The notes below the pieces were generated by a model. The model saw only the letters and a program-made list of their open reading frames with translations, was not told where the DNA came from and made no database searches. A DNA stretch of 63,765 bases, filler included, from Octopus bimaculoides (lineage: Eukaryota): assembly GCF_001194135.2 (NCBI RefSeq). It is 8 parts of 7 records of this genome, joined end to end, with 100 filler letters (N's around TTAATTAATTAA, not from the genome) between each part and the next. Parts side by side here need not be neighbours in the genome. Positions count along the whole stretch, not along the records: positions 62,047 to 63,765 come from NC_068983.1; 7 more parts are not named here. One strand, 5' to 3'. The position numbers and the translations under genes are program-made. Below, in pieces: positions 62,535 through 63,765 of the stretch (the stretch's first letter is position 1; each line of letters starts with the position of its first letter).

Positions 62535-63163
62535 ATAGCCCTTTCCACTATAGGCACAAGGCCTGAAATCTGGGAAGGGGGATATTCGATTACATCGACC
62601 CCCAGCTAGTACTTATTTTATCGACTCCGAAAGGATGAAAAGCAATGTAGACCTTGGCGGAATTTGAACTCAGAATGTGGAGACGGACGAAATACTGCAA
62701 AGCATTTCCGCTCGACGTGCTAACGATTCTGCCAGCTCGCCGCCTTGACAATAGCAATAGTAATAATAATAATAATAGTAATAATCATAAAATAATCCTT
62801 TTTACTGGAGGCACAAGGCCTCAAATTTGGTGGTGGTGGGACTAGTCAATTACATCGAACCCAGTGTTTCACTGGTACTTCATTTATCGACCCCGAAAGG
62901 ATGAAAGGCAAAGTCGACCTTATAATAATAATAATAATAATTAATAATTCTTTCTACTATAAGCACAAGGCCTGAAATTTGTAGGGAGGGGACTAGTCAG
63001 TTATATCGACTCCAATGTTTCACTGGTTCTTAATTTATCAAACCCAAAAGGGTGAAAGGCAAAGTCAATCCCGGCGGAATTTGAACTCAGAACGTAGCGA
63101 CGAGCGAAATAGCGCTTAGTATTTCGTCCAGTGTGCTAACGAATTTGCCAGCTCACCACTTTA
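62535..63163 (-). mobile_element. Array of three SINE family A copies joined by TAA-type spacers
   Basis: Copies at about 62535-62746, 62793-62921 (head missing) and 62945-63163. Confidence 0.9.
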
Positions 63164-63177
63164 AATAATAATAATAA

Positions 63178-63560
63178 TAGACCAGATATAGTTGTCAAAG
63201 ACCATGAAGAAAAAAAAATACTTTCTAATTGATGTATCAATACCAGCAGATTTACCTCTATTTCCAAAGACCTGGAAATAGAGGTAACTCGAATGTGGAA
63301 TCTAAAAACAGAAACAATTCCTATCATAGTAGGTGCCTTAGGTATAATAAAAAAAATATTCAGACAAATACATAACAAAAACACCAGGACTTACAAATAT
63401 ATACAACATAGAGAAAATTGCACTACTGGGCACTGCACACATCCTACGCAAAACACTTTCAATACAGTAACCATAAGAGCACCACAGCAAACCACAGCAC
63501 ATACCCAAGGCACACAGAGTAGTGAAGTGAAAGCACGTTATAAAAATAAAACTACTGAAC
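63178..63560 (+). mobile_element. 3' fragment of an R4/Dong-type LINE flanked by (TAA)n on both sides
   Basis: RPDIVVKD..LIDVSIP, MWNLKTETIPIIVGALG and IALLGTAHILRKTLSI-type end. TAA repeats at 63164-63179 and 63562-63577. Confidence 0.9.
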
Positions 63561-63765
63561 AATAATAATAATAATAATGATCTTTTCTTTAATCGTTACA
63601 AAAAATATTGGTCCAGACCGAAATGACAAAGGGCGGATGACGTATGATATACAATGGAAAGAATTTTTTTTTATTTTGTATCATAAAAAAAATACAAATA
63701 TTAACTTGGAATAAATAAAAAGTTTCATAAAACACACAATATTTAAAACAAGGCATGTATATAAA

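Overview
Gappy (about 10 kb of N), AT-rich, microsatellite-saturated eukaryotic DNA. The repeat families look like those of Octopus (inference from remembered repeat sequences, no search run). I find no confidently identifiable host gene, rRNA, tRNA or CRISPR array, and almost all ORFs in the track are microsatellite or gap artefacts. Most identifiable sequence is decayed mobile elements. These include about 16 copies of one tRNA-derived SINE (family A), several other SINE-like families, and restriction-like-endonuclease R4/Dong-type LINEs stacked at 31.6-39.5 kb and at 63.2 kb. There are also RTE LINE fragments, a Tx1/L1-type LINE at 24.4-28.0 kb, and Tc1/mariner, pogo-like and hAT-Charlie relics. 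The most notable items are a minimal type I hammerhead ribozyme motif (136-180), a (TAA)n-associated retroelement stack, an unclassified ~545 bp non-tRNA repeat, a foldback element with head-to-head telomere-like repeats, a hairpin-forming higher-order minisatellite and a ~135 bp palindrome. A few splice-signal-bounded candidate exons are low confidence. Element boundaries are estimated by eye.
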